A stretch of DNA of 64,000 bases from an uncultured Bacteroidota bacterium (lineage in GTDB: Bacteria > Bacteroidota > Bacteroidia > Flavobacteriales > Flavobacteriaceae). Both the position numbers and the translations under genes were made by a program. The stretch covers positions 11,456 to 75,455 of the forward strand of contig CAIMMM010000006.1 in assembly GCA_903842575.1 (NCBI GenBank), in the 5' to 3' direction. This document shows, piece after piece, positions 23,483 to 33,768 of this stretch. The notes under the pieces are model-generated. The model saw only the letters and a program-made list of their open reading frames with translations, was not told where the DNA came from and made no database searches. Every line of letters starts with the position of its first letter. Within the stretch, counting starts at the first letter, position 1.

Positions 23483-25525
23483 TTACCAAATCTTAACGCG
23501 TTTGTCAGCTGGTAAATACAAAGAGTCTGTTGGTTTTACATTAAACGCTTTGTAAAATTCGGGGACATTGCGCACCACGCCATTAATTCTAAATTTAGCT
23601 GGCGAATGTGGGTCGCCTGCAATTTGACTACGAACAGCTTCTTCACGTCCTTTTTCTCCCCAAACTTGTCCCCAACCTAAGAAAACACGTTGCATGCCTG
23701 TAAATCCGTCCATAACTGGCGCTTCTTTACCATTCAAAGTTGCTTTATAGGCTTTAATAGCAATACTTAATCCCCCAAGATCACCAATGTTTTCTCCTAA
23801 AGTAAACGCCCCGTTTACATTCAAATCAGGGAATGCCTTGAAGCTATTGTATTGTGTTACTAAAGCTCCAGTTTTAGATTTGAATTCTTTTAAATCGGCA
23901 TCAGTCCACCAGTTTTTCATTACACCTCCACCATCATAGGCACTTCCTTGGTCGTCAAATCCGTGACCAATTTCGTGACCAATAACCGCTCCAATTCCAC
24001 CATAATTTACAGCGTCGTCCGCTTTTAAATCAAAGAAAGGGGGTTGTAAAATTGCTGCAGGAAATACAATTTCATTAAGCGAAGGATTGTAGTAAGCATT
24101 TACGGTTTGTGGCGTCATGCCCCATTCGGTTCTATCAACGGGTTTTCCTAATTTGTTTAAGTTTCTTTGGTATTCAAATTCGTTGGCTCTTACTGAATTG
24201 CCATACATGTCATTTTTAGCGATTTTCAACGCCGAGTAGTCTCTCCATGTATCTGGATAACCAATTTTTATCATGAATTTATCAACCTTTTCCAATGCTT
24301 GTTTTTTTGTATCAGCACTCATCCAATCTAATTTTTTGATACTTTCGGCATAAGCTTTCAATAAGTTTTTTACCATTGTTACCATGCGTTCCTTGGCTTC
24401 TGGAGGGAAATGTTTTTCAACATAAACTTTCCCAACCATTTCGCCCATTGAACCATTAACAGCGCTTACACCACGTTTCCAATCTTCTTGTTGTTTTTCT
24501 ACCCCATACAACGTTTTATCATAAAATGCGAAGCTTTCATTGTCTAATGAAGCGTTAAGTCTATTAGAATTTCTGTTAATCAACCCCCATTTAAGATATA
24601 TTTTCCAAGTGTCAAGGGGCGTTTTTTTGATGATATTGTTTAAGCTTTTTGTATATTCAATTTGCGATATTATGATTGTTTTTTCTTTATCCATACCAGC
24701 AGATTTAAGCATAGGCGCCCAATCAAAATCAGGAGTCAAGGTTTTTAAATCTGCCATATTGTATTTATTGTAAAGTTTTACAACATCACGAGTGTCTTCT
24801 TTTTTCATATGACTTGAAGCTATTGTAGTTTCAAGAGCCATGATTTTAGCAGCATTTTCAGCCGGGTTTTCAATACTACATAATTGAAGCATATTTTCAA
24901 TATGAGCTACATATTTTTTACGAATGTCAGCCATCTTTGTATCCGTTGAAGTATAATATTCTCTTTCAGGAAGCCCTATTCCTGCCTGCCACGTGGTTAA
25001 AGCGTACTCGTTTGGCTTTTTAGAATCTTGGCTAACAGATATGTTAAATGGATTAGTTACACCAATCCTATTAGCTTTACCAAAATAACTTGCCAAATCA
25101 GTATAATTTGCAATAGCATCGATAGCTTTTAAATCAGGTTGCATAGGTTTTATTCCTTTAGCATCTCTATCTTTTCTATTCATAAAAGAAGCATAGTAAT
25201 CGCCTATTTTTTGCTGGTCACTACCTCCGGCATTATTGCCTTTGGCAGCATCTTCAATAATAGCTTTTACGTCTATCAGGGATTGGTCATATAGCAAATC
25301 GAAAGAGCCGTAAAATGCCTTATCTGCAGGAATTTTAGTTTTTTTACACCAAGTTCCATTGACAAATTCGGCAAAATTATCACCTGGATTTACTTTGGTA
25401 TCCATGTTTTTTAATTGAATCCCCGAAACTAAGACTTCCTCTTTTTCGGATTTATTACAGGCCGAAAGCAAGAATATTGCTGACAAGACCAGCGAAGACT
25501 TTATTAATACAGTTTTGTTTATCAT
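23483..25525 (-). CDS. M13 family metallopeptidase (PepO / endothelin-converting-enzyme-like) lipoprotein
   Basis: HEIGHGFDDQG zincin motif and GENIGDLGG. Lipobox LLSAC. I prefer the start at MINKTVL (ATG 25525..25523). Confidence 0.85.
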   Translation of the reverse strand: MINKTVLIKSSLVLSAIFLLSACNKSEKEEVLVSGIQLKNMDTKVNPGDNFAEFVNGTWCKKTKIPADKAFYGSFDLLYDQSLIDVKAIIEDAAKGNNAGGSDQQKIGDYYASFMNRKDRDAKGIKPMQPDLKAIDAIANYTDLASYFGKANRIGVTNPFNISVSQDSKKPNEYALTTWQAGIGLPEREYYTSTDTKMADIRKKYVAHIENMLQLCSIENPAENAAKIMALETTIASSHMKKEDTRDVVKLYNKYNMADLKTLTPDFDWAPMLKSAGMDKEKTIIISQIEYTKSLNNIIKKTPLDTWKIYLKWGLINRNSNRLNASLDNESFAFYDKTLYGVEKQQEDWKRGVSAVNGSMGEMVGKVYVEKHFPPEAKERMVTMVKNLLKAYAESIKKLDWMSADTKKQALEKVDKFMIKIGYPDTWRDYSALKIAKNDMYGNSVRANEFEYQRNLNKLGKPVDRTEWGMTPQTVNAYYNPSLNEIVFPAAILQPPFFDLKADDAVNYGGIGAVIGHEIGHGFDDQGSAYDGGGVMKNWWTDADLKEFKSKTGALVTQYNSFKAFPDLNVNGAFTLGENIGDLGGLSIAIKAYKATLNGKEAPVMDGFTGMQRVFLGWGQVWGEKGREEAVRSQIAGDPHSPAKFRINGVVRNVPEFYKAFNVKPTDSLYLPADKRVKIW

Positions 25526-25612
25526 GGTTTTAGTTTTGTTTAGAAATATAAAAGTAATAAAAGATTTCTGATAATAGAAAAACATAAAAAAATTTAATCC
25601 ATTAGTTTGGAT

Positions 25613-27199
25613 TTAATTTGTAAATATCAAGGAAGCTAAGCGCGCGTCTCTACTATATACATCATCATAGAAGTGAATATCGCCTTCGTTATCCACCCAA
25701 GCGGTGAAGTAGCCAATGTAAACTGGAATCTTATTCTTAAGTGCGTACCAGGTTTCTTTGCCTTTGTTCATTGCAGCATCAATCTTTTCGGGCGACCAAT
25801 TCTTGTCGCCTTTCATAATAAGATTGGCTAACTCTTTTGGTTTTTCTAAACGAATACAACCATGGCTGAAAGCTCTTTTCTCTTCGCTGAATAAATTTTT
25901 TGAAGGAGTGTCGTGTAAATAAATTGATTTGGAATTGGGAAATAAAAACTTCACCAAACCTAAGGAATTTTTTGGCCCTGGTTTTTGCCTAATGTTACCC
26001 TCATTCCATTCCATATTGTGTTGTGACAAGTATTTTTTGTTTTTTGCCATAGCAGGCAATAGCTCTTTTTTGATGATGCTTTTTGGCACATTCCAATAGG
26101 GACTAAACACAATATATTTCATCTCTCCACTAAAAACTGCTGTTTGATTCATGTCTTTTCCAACAACAACATTCATCGCCAATTCAGGCTTACCTTCCTT
26201 GAAATAGGTTAACTTATACGCTGGAATATTAATCACTATAAACGCTTTTGATTTTATAATATCGGGGGAAATCCATCGGCAACGTTCCATGTTGACCATA
26301 ATGGTTTTTATCCTTTCGCTAACAAGTACATTCATTGCAGCAATATGTTTAGCCGTAATAATTTTATCTTCTTTGAATGAATAATGGTTTTTAAATTTTA
26401 AAATTCCTGCAACCAAATCCTCATCATACAAAGTGCTTTTTGAGTCAGCCCCAATATCTCCGGTAATGAGCAATCGATGTCTGATTTGGGCAATGGTTTT
26501 AGAAGAATCACCAGGTTTGAGAGATGTTACATTAGCCTCTAGAACAATGGTATTCCACCCACCATTTTTCCCAATTTGTCTGTATTTTTGAAGGGCTTCT
26601 TTAAGCTTATAATATTGCCCAACCACTTCTTTTTCATTTTTATTTATCAAAGAAGGATTGGTCAATAACGAGTCTAAGCAAACGGCATACTCTTGTTTTT
26701 TTCGAGGTAAATACCATTCGAGTTCATTGGTTTTTTCTATATCAATACCATGATACACTTTCTCTGCATAAAAGAAATATAAGGAAGAGAGCAACAACTC
26801 TGTAGTAACATCCGGCTTGACCGTATTGGATTTTTGCAAAACTGCATCAAGTTTGTTTTTATAGGGAACTTCAACCTGAAGGCCTTCTTCTGCCAGATTA
26901 TTAATCTTATTATACAACAAGTCCCCCAGTTCATTTATCCCTTTGTTGTCATACCAAATGTAGTGATACTGATGTTTTTGATATAAAGCTTCCACATCCG
27001 ATTGAAAAGGAATCAATTTTGGATGTTTGACAAAAAAATCCTTTACCAAAGTACTGTCAAAAAGGATTTCGGTATAAATATAATCCTTAGGAGCTGTATT
27101 TAGTAGCTTCCCTTTTTTATTCTCGCTATTGTTTTTACAAGAAACATTGGCCGAAAAGCCAAAAACAATAACACCCAATAGAATAAAAAAATTTCTCAT
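25613..27199 (-). CDS. L,D-transpeptidase family protein (YkuD domain)
   Basis: YLHDTPSKNLFSEEKRAFSHGCIRL catalytic motif. Signal peptide. Confidence 0.8.
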   Translation of the reverse strand: MRNFFILLGVIVFGFSANVSCKNNSENKKGKLLNTAPKDYIYTEILFDSTLVKDFFVKHPKLIPFQSDVEALYQKHQYHYIWYDNKGINELGDLLYNKINNLAEEGLQVEVPYKNKLDAVLQKSNTVKPDVTTELLLSSLYFFYAEKVYHGIDIEKTNELEWYLPRKKQEYAVCLDSLLTNPSLINKNEKEVVGQYYKLKEALQKYRQIGKNGGWNTIVLEANVTSLKPGDSSKTIAQIRHRLLITGDIGADSKSTLYDEDLVAGILKFKNHYSFKEDKIITAKHIAAMNVLVSERIKTIMVNMERCRWISPDIIKSKAFIVINIPAYKLTYFKEGKPELAMNVVVGKDMNQTAVFSGEMKYIVFSPYWNVPKSIIKKELLPAMAKNKKYLSQHNMEWNEGNIRQKPGPKNSLGLVKFLFPNSKSIYLHDTPSKNLFSEEKRAFSHGCIRLEKPKELANLIMKGDKNWSPEKIDAAMNKGKETWYALKNKIPVYIGYFTAWVDNEGDIHFYDDVYSRDARLASLIFTN

Positions 27200-27238
27200 A
27201 TTTTAAAACTTTAAAATGAAAGAATGTCCGTCTGTAAA

Positions 27239-28183
27239 CTAATGCTTTTTCAAATTCTCCAACATTTCCACCGTAATCATTTCCAAATCAAATTGGTGTT
27301 TCCAATTCCAATCTTCTTTGGCGCTACTATCATCAATGCTGGCGGGCCAACTATCGGCAATTTTTTGGCGAAAGTCGGGTTTATAGGTAATCGTAAAATC
27401 ATGAATGTGGTTTTTAATGGTAGCCGCTATTTCTTTGGGAGTAAAACTAACACCTCCTAAATTATAGGAAGAGCGTATTTTTATTTGTTCGCTTGGTGCC
27501 TGCATAATTTGTATTGTCGCACGAATCGCATCATCCATATACATCATCGGCAAGCCCGTATTTTCGGAAAGAAAACACTCATACGTTTTATCAATCAAGG
27601 CTTTGTGATAGATGTCCACAGCATAATCGGTTGTGCCGCCACCAGGTTCGGTAGACCAGCTTATCAATCCCGGATAACGGATACTTCTAACATCAACTCC
27701 ATAAATATGGTGATAATACTCGCACCAGCGTTCTCCCGTTTGTTTTGAAATGCCATACACCGTTGAAGGTTCCATGATGGTATATTGTGGCGTGTTTATT
27801 CTTGGCGTGGTAGGGCCAAAAACCGCAATACTCGATGGCCAGAATATCTTTTTTATTTTTTTTGCTTTCGCCAAATTCAAAACGTGAAACAACGAATTCA
27901 TATTCAAATCCCAGGCAAAGGCAGGATTTTTTTCCGCAGTTGCCGAAAGGAGTGCCGCCATTAAATACACCTCTTCTATTTGATGCATCTCTACAATATG
28001 CTCAATTTGATTAAAGTCCAAAGCATTCACCACTTCAAATGGGCCAGAGTTCACTACCTCATTATTCAATTTTCGAATATCGGAAGCGATGACATTTTCA
28101 ACACCATAAATTTCACGTAACTTTTTGGTAAGTTCCGTTCCAATTTGTCCGCATGCACCAATGATTAGGATTTTTGTGCTCAT
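27239..28183 (-). CDS. NAD-dependent epimerase/dehydratase family, L-threonine 3-dehydrogenase-like
   Basis: ILIIGACGQIGTEL Rossmann motif and YGISK (YxxxK). Length and N-terminus resemble short-chain-type Tdh. Confidence 0.65.
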   Translation of the reverse strand: MSTKILIIGACGQIGTELTKKLREIYGVENVIASDIRKLNNEVVNSGPFEVVNALDFNQIEHIVEMHQIEEVYLMAALLSATAEKNPAFAWDLNMNSLFHVLNLAKAKKIKKIFWPSSIAVFGPTTPRINTPQYTIMEPSTVYGISKQTGERWCEYYHHIYGVDVRSIRYPGLISWSTEPGGGTTDYAVDIYHKALIDKTYECFLSENTGLPMMYMDDAIRATIQIMQAPSEQIKIRSSYNLGGVSFTPKEIAATIKNHIHDFTITYKPDFRQKIADSWPASIDDSSAKEDWNWKHQFDLEMITVEMLENLKKH

Positions 28184-28281
28184 GATTTTATTTTTCTTCT
28201 ACAAATATACTGTTTTCATAATTCTCTCTTTTCTAATATTTAACTATAATTTATTAAAGTTATACCAACGAAGTTTCGGCT

Positions 28282-28297
28282 TACCTTTGTACTTTTG
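28282..28297 (+). promoter_or_regulatory. two adjacent TAnnTTTG -7 boxes upstream of the lipoprotein-mfd unit
   Basis: TACCTTTG immediately followed by TACTTTTG, 21-29 nt upstream of ATG 28318. Confidence 0.4.
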
Positions 28298-28317
28298 TAT
28301 TTCAAATTTCTAAATAA

Positions 28318-28917
28318 ATGAAGGCTAAGGAATTCCTGTTGTTGTTTACTTTTCTGCTTTTTTTATCTTGTCAAGATGAAAGCAAACTTCGTATTATTGA
28401 GCAAAAAAAAGAAGCCCAAAAAATGGAAATTGTTTTTGCTAATATCAATAAAGGATGGAACTTTAATGCACAACCTCAAAATGAAACTTCCCGAGCCCTA
28501 TTAACCAATTGGTCCGAATGGCGCGTATTTCTCAAAGAACTTTCCCAAAAACCAAAAAGCAGCATTGGCGCTTTCCAGCAAAAAGCCAAAACACTTTCCA
28601 AAAAAGCAGTTGATTTAAACAATCACATTCCTTTTGCCTATAGCAAACCCGAAATAAAAAGCCGAATTGCGGTTATTACAACCAAAGTTAACGCTATCGA
28701 TTTATTTATTCATCTCAATCAAATTCCAGATAATAAAATTGTTCAACTCGTTCAAGAAGTCAATTCAAATTTAACCGCAATACAATTGCAACTAGAAGAG
28801 ATTGACCGAAAAAATAGTATAAAAACGGAAGAGGGCGAAGCCGAAATGATCAGAATGTTAGACACAACTCGAGCAATTCCAAACGTTCACAACCCAAAAT
28901 TAAAACCCCACAAATAG
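28318..28917 (+). CDS. hypothetical lipoprotein
   Basis: Lipobox FLSC. No recognisable domain. Ends 3 nt before mfd. Confidence 0.5.
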   Translation: MKAKEFLLLFTFLLFLSCQDESKLRIIEQKKEAQKMEIVFANINKGWNFNAQPQNETSRALLTNWSEWRVFLKELSQKPKSSIGAFQQKAKTLSKKAVDLNNHIPFAYSKPEIKSRIAVITTKVNAIDLFIHLNQIPDNKIVQLVQEVNSNLTAIQLQLEEIDRKNSIKTEEGEAEMIRMLDTTRAIPNVHNPKLKPHK

Positions 28918-28920
28918 ACC

Positions 28921-31900
28921 TTGAGCCAGTCCTCACTCATTAACAGCTATACTACTTCCGAAAAAGTAAAGCAAATTGTTGACCGTTTATCCTCCGAAAC
29001 TTCTAGAATTCATTTGAAAGGATTAATTGGTTCTTCCTTGTCATTGGTCCTACAAGCCATAATAAAAAAAACCGAAAAGCCCTTTTTGATTATTCTCAAC
29101 GAGAAGGAAGAAGCGGCCTATTACCTCAACGATTTGGAACAAATGATTGGTGGAAATGACGTCTTGTTTTATCCAAGTTCGTATCGCCGTCCTTATCAAA
29201 TTGAAGAAACAGATAACGCCAATGTACTGCTGCGTTCGGAAGTTTTAAACCGCATCAATTCGCGCAAAAAACCGGCTGTTATTGTCACCTATCCCGAAGC
29301 ACTTTTTGAAAAAGTAGTGACTCGAAAAGAATTGGAAAAAAATACCTTGAAAGTTTCCGTTGGCGACCAAATTTCTATCGATTTTATTAACGAAGTCTTG
29401 TTTGAATACGAATTCAAACGCGTAGATTTTATTGCCGAACCTGGAGAGTTTTCCGTTCGTGGTGGCATCTTGGATGTCTTTTCGTTTTCCAATGATAATC
29501 CCTATCGCATTGAGTTTTTCGGCAATGAAGTGGAAAGTATTCGGACCTTCGATGTGGCGACACAACTATCCGTTGCAATTCAAAACAAGATTACCATTAT
29601 TCCGAATTTAGAAAATAAATTCATCAAAGAAAATCGGGAAAGCTTTCTGGACTATATCCATGAGAAAACCATTATTTGCATTGAAAACAGCGCGTTTTTA
29701 GGATCACAATTGGATAAACTTTTTGGGAAAGCCGTTGAAACCTTTGAAAAATTATCAAAAGACGTTAAGCACGCTTCTCCCGAACAATTATTCCTCAATC
29801 AATCCAGTTTTAATAAAAAGGTTTTGGACTTTTCCATCATTGAATTGGCTACTATACCATTATTCAAAACCACCAAAACATTTGAATTTCACATACAGCC
29901 GCAACCTTCTTTCAACAAACAATTTGATTTGTTGCTGAACAATTTGAGCGACAATCATTTCAACGGTTACACCAATTATTTGTTTTGTTCCAATGAAGCG
30001 CAAGCCAATAGGTTTCATGATATTTTTGAGAGTTTGGATGAAGAAAATCACGAGGACGTTCGTAAGCAATATCACACCATCGTTTTGCCTTTGTATCAAG
30101 GATTTGTTGACGAGGAAAATCAAATTGCTTGTTATACTGACCATCAAATTTTTGAACGTTATCATAAATTTTCAATCAAAAACGGGTATTCTAAAAAGCA
30201 AACACTAACACTAAAAGAACTCAATACACTTTCGGTTGGCGATTATGTTACCCATATCGACCACGGAATCGGGAAGTTTGGCGGATTGCAAAAAATTCAG
30301 GTGGAAGGCAAAACCCAAGAAGCGATAAAACTCGTATATGCCGATAACGATATCGTGTATGTGAGCATTCATTCACTACACAAAATTTCAAAATATTCCG
30401 GTAAAGACGGAACGCCGCCCAAGATTTATAAACTGGGTTCGAATGCATGGAAAGTTTTAAAACAAAAAACCAAAGCGCGTGTAAAACACATTGCTTTCAA
30501 CTTAATTCAACTTTACGCCAAGCGAAGATTGGAAAAAGGATTTGCCTTTGCTCCAGATAGTTATTTGCAAAAAGAGTTGGAAAGCTCATTCATATACGAA
30601 GACACACCCGACCAAATTACCGCAACACGTGACGTGAAAACCGACATGGAAAAAGACCGTCCTATGGACCGTTTGGTTTGTGGCGATGTAGGTTTTGGCA
30701 AAACCGAAGTCGCCATTCGCGCCGCTTTTAAAGCGGTAGACAATAGTAAGCAAGTGGCTATTTTGGTACCGACCACCATTTTGGCCTACCAACATTACAG
30801 AACATTCACCGAAAGATTAAAGGAAATGCCAGTGAATGTGGGTTACTTAAATCGTTTTAGAACCGCCAAACAAAAAACCAAAACCTTGGAAGAATTAGCT
30901 TCCGGGAAACTCGATATTATTATTGGAACGCATCAATTGGTTAACAAAAATGTCGTTTTTAAAGATTTGGGATTACTTATTGTGGATGAAGAACAAAAGT
31001 TTGGCGTGAATGTAAAAGACAAACTCAAAACCATTGCCGCCAATGTAGATACGTTAACCTTAACGGCAACACCCATTCCAAGAACCTTGCAATTTTCGTT
31101 AATGGCAGCGAGAGATTTATCGGTGATTACAACAGCTCCGCCCAATCGTTATCCTATAGAAACGCAAGTGGTGGGTTTTAATGAAGAGTTGATTCGGGAT
31201 GCGATTTCCTATGAAATACAACGAAACGGGCAGGTTTTCTTTATCAATAACCGCATTGAAAACATTAAAGAAATTGCCGGAATGATTCAGCGATTGGTTC
31301 CCGATGCGCGCGTTGGGATTGGTCACGGTCAAATGGAAGGCAACAAATTGGAAGAGTTAATGCTCGGATTTATGAATGGCGAATTTGATGTTTTGGTAGC
31401 GACTACTATCATTGAAAGCGGTTTAGATGTACCCAATGCCAACACCATTTTCATTAATAACGCCAATAATTTTGGGCTTTCCGATTTGCATCAAATGCGG
31501 GGTCGCGTGGGTCGTAGTAATAAAAAAGCTTTTTGCTATTTTATTTGCCCGCCTTATTCTGCAATGACTGATGATGCGCGAAAACGAATACAAGCATTAG
31601 AACAATTCAGCGAATTGGGTGGCGGATTTAACATTGCGATGAAGGATTTGGAAATTCGTGGGGCAGGGGATTTATTGGGTGGTGAACAAAGTGGTTTTAT
31701 CAATGAGATTGGTTTTGAAACCTATCAAAAAATCATGAATGAAGCCATTGAAGAATTGAAAGAAACCGAATTCAAAGAATTATATCAAGACGAAAATGAG
31801 AATGAAAACAAAGAATATGTCAAAGATTTACAGATAGACACCGATTTCGAATTGCTATTCCCTGATGAATATATTAACAACATTTCGGAGCGACTGAATT

Positions 31901-32283
31901 TGTACAACGAATTGGGAACCATCAAAGACGAAATAGGATTATTGGCCTATGAAGCAAAACTAATAGACCGTTTTGGACCTTTACCAAAAGAAGCCAAATC
32001 CTTGCTCAACAGCATTCGCATCAAATGGATTGCCACCAAAATGGGAATTGAAAGAATCATCATGAAAAACGGAAAGCTGATTGGTTATTTTGTTGCCGAC
32101 CAACAATCGGCCTATTATAATTCCAAGCATTTTCGACAAATGTTGCAATTTGTGCAACAACACGGAAACCTTTGCAAAATGAAAGAGAAGGAAACCAAAA
32201 ATGGACTACGATTATTGTTGACTTTTGAAAATGTAAAAAGTATTGGTAAGGCTTTGGAGATGATGGAAATGATGGAGGGGTAA
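28921..32283 (+). CDS. mfd: transcription-repair coupling factor
   Basis: 1120 aa. UvrB-homology N-terminus, CarD-like region, SF2 helicase motifs (GDVGFGKTEVA, DEEQKFG, TATPIPRT, QMRGRVGRS) and a TRCF C-terminus. TTG start. Confidence 0.9.
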   Translation: MSQSSLINSYTTSEKVKQIVDRLSSETSRIHLKGLIGSSLSLVLQAIIKKTEKPFLIILNEKEEAAYYLNDLEQMIGGNDVLFYPSSYRRPYQIEETDNANVLLRSEVLNRINSRKKPAVIVTYPEALFEKVVTRKELEKNTLKVSVGDQISIDFINEVLFEYEFKRVDFIAEPGEFSVRGGILDVFSFSNDNPYRIEFFGNEVESIRTFDVATQLSVAIQNKITIIPNLENKFIKENRESFLDYIHEKTIICIENSAFLGSQLDKLFGKAVETFEKLSKDVKHASPEQLFLNQSSFNKKVLDFSIIELATIPLFKTTKTFEFHIQPQPSFNKQFDLLLNNLSDNHFNGYTNYLFCSNEAQANRFHDIFESLDEENHEDVRKQYHTIVLPLYQGFVDEENQIACYTDHQIFERYHKFSIKNGYSKKQTLTLKELNTLSVGDYVTHIDHGIGKFGGLQKIQVEGKTQEAIKLVYADNDIVYVSIHSLHKISKYSGKDGTPPKIYKLGSNAWKVLKQKTKARVKHIAFNLIQLYAKRRLEKGFAFAPDSYLQKELESSFIYEDTPDQITATRDVKTDMEKDRPMDRLVCGDVGFGKTEVAIRAAFKAVDNSKQVAILVPTTILAYQHYRTFTERLKEMPVNVGYLNRFRTAKQKTKTLEELASGKLDIIIGTHQLVNKNVVFKDLGLLIVDEEQKFGVNVKDKLKTIAANVDTLTLTATPIPRTLQFSLMAARDLSVITTAPPNRYPIETQVVGFNEELIRDAISYEIQRNGQVFFINNRIENIKEIAGMIQRLVPDARVGIGHGQMEGNKLEELMLGFMNGEFDVLVATTIIESGLDVPNANTIFINNANNFGLSDLHQMRGRVGRSNKKAFCYFICPPYSAMTDDARKRIQALEQFSELGGGFNIAMKDLEIRGAGDLLGGEQSGFINEIGFETYQKIMNEAIEELKETEFKELYQDENENENKEYVKDLQIDTDFELLFPDEYINNISERLNLYNELGTIKDEIGLLAYEAKLIDRFGPLPKEAKSLLNSIRIKWIATKMGIERIIMKNGKLIGYFVADQQSAYYNSKHFRQMLQFVQQHGNLCKMKEKETKNGLRLLLTFENVKSIGKALEMMEMMEG

Positions 32284-32284
32284 A

Positions 32285-32644
32285 TTAAAAATGATAAAAA
32301 GCATCTTCTATATGCTCTATCTTAAATTCTTTTTCTTCTTTACTGATAGCAATAATATCAAAGCGGACTTCCACATCCAAATCATTGGAAATAACATATT
32401 CGTTCACAGCTTTTACCAGCAGTTGGATTTTTTTTGGTTTTACAAAATCCTGTGGCAAACCAAACTCAATACTGGAACGCGTTTTCACTTCCACAACCGC
32501 CAGGACATTTTCTTTCTGGGCGATAATGTCAATTTCGGCTTTTTGAAAAATCCAGTTGGTTTCCAGAATTTCATAACCGTTTTTTTGTAGAAAATCCACA
32601 GCTAGTTCTTCTCCCAGTTTGCCTAAATCATTATGTTCTGCCAT
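32285..32644 (-). CDS. YraN family (UPF0102) endonuclease-like protein
   Basis: GKLGEELAVDFLQKNGYEIL..EIDIIA..VVEVKTR motif. Confidence 0.75.
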   Translation of the reverse strand: MAEHNDLGKLGEELAVDFLQKNGYEILETNWIFQKAEIDIIAQKENVLAVVEVKTRSSIEFGLPQDFVKPKKIQLLVKAVNEYVISNDLDVEVRFDIIAISKEEKEFKIEHIEDAFYHF

Positions 32645-32667
32645 TGTTTAGATTCTTAGAAATCTAT

Positions 32668-33624
32668 CTATTTGAAAATCAATTTGCTTTCTTGGTCATT
32701 CACTTCCATAGAAACTTGTCGCCCAAAAATCAAGGAGCGGTTATCTTGAATGTGTCCCGCTGGGAAATTATAAATCACGGGTATTTTTAAATCTTTGGTA
32801 ATATCTTCAATGATTTCCAACGCATTTTTACCCCATGGAATATCATTATCGTTCATTTTTGTCATGGCGCCAACAATAATTCCTTTTAAACTTGTGAGAC
32901 AACCATTGCGTTTTAAATTCATCAACATTCTGTCGACATGATATAAATATTCATCTAAATCTTCTAGAAATAAAATTTTATCATGGCAATCAATCGCCGA
33001 TTCGGAACCCAAAAGACTGTACAATATAGACAGATTTCCACCAACCAATTCGCCTGTAGCTTTCCCTTTATGATTGATGGCATCGCATGCCAAAGTATAT
33101 TCTAAATGTTCGCCAAAAAGCGCTTTACAAAATGAATCTTTCGCTTCGTCCGTCGCTCTTGGAACACTAACAGGCATAATACCGTGTACCGATTCAAATC
33201 CCATTCGGTTTAACTGACTGTGCAAAACGGTAACATCGCTAAAACCCACAATCCATTTTGGATTTTGTTTGAATTGGGTAAAATCCAATAAATCAATCAT
33301 GCGGACCGTTCCATAACCCCCGCGAACACACCAAATGGCTTTGATATTGGGATTGTCTATTTGTTCTTGAAAATCGGCCGCGCGCTCTTCATCGGTTCCC
33401 GCCAATTGAAAATGATCTAAACCAATGGTTTTGCCAATTTTAACTTTCAATCCCCAATTTTCCAGCAAGTCAATCGCTGGTTTTAAATTGTCTTCAATGT
33501 TTTTTCGAGCGGTGGAAACGATGGCAACGGTGTCGCCTTTTTGTAGATAGGGTGGTGTTATCATCTTTTTTTGGGAATAAGAAGAAAATGAAATTATATA
33601 AAATAGTAGTAATAACTTTCTCAT
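32668..33624 (-). CDS. S66 family LD-carboxypeptidase (LdcA-like)
   Basis: GYGTVR and GFSDVTVLH (nucleophile Ser) motifs. Signal-like N-terminus. Confidence 0.75.
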   Translation of the reverse strand: MRKLLLLFYIISFSSYSQKKMITPPYLQKGDTVAIVSTARKNIEDNLKPAIDLLENWGLKVKIGKTIGLDHFQLAGTDEERAADFQEQIDNPNIKAIWCVRGGYGTVRMIDLLDFTQFKQNPKWIVGFSDVTVLHSQLNRMGFESVHGIMPVSVPRATDEAKDSFCKALFGEHLEYTLACDAINHKGKATGELVGGNLSILYSLLGSESAIDCHDKILFLEDLDEYLYHVDRMLMNLKRNGCLTSLKGIIVGAMTKMNDNDIPWGKNALEIIEDITKDLKIPVIYNFPAGHIQDNRSLIFGRQVSMEVNDQESKLIFK

Positions 33625-33768
33625 TAAGCGTAAATAAATGGCTTTTGTTACTTTTCAAAAGTGCTTTTCAAAAGTAAACAAATAACAAATAAATTCGTGA
33701 ATTCGTGGCTAAAAAGTTATTTTTGCATTCATTCTGGATTCGTTCGGAATCTAATTATAATCTTTACA

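Noticed and set aside
25526-25585. N-terminal extensions of track ORFs (25526..25585, 33661..33768, 35795..35833, 40691..40723, 48393..48413, 8271..8321, 58963..58989, 51513..51596).
   Set aside because: Internal ATGs give canonical N-termini: signal peptide or lipobox, the MetRS start just before its HIGH motif, or the HAD DxD motif. The extensions overlap upstream genes or read through promoter or terminator sequence, and several rely on TTG starts.
29245-31332. Cluster of 60-106 aa antisense and off-frame ORFs inside mfd.
   Set aside because: All are nested in a gene with unambiguous helicase and TRCF motifs and have no motifs of their own. They are shadow ORFs.
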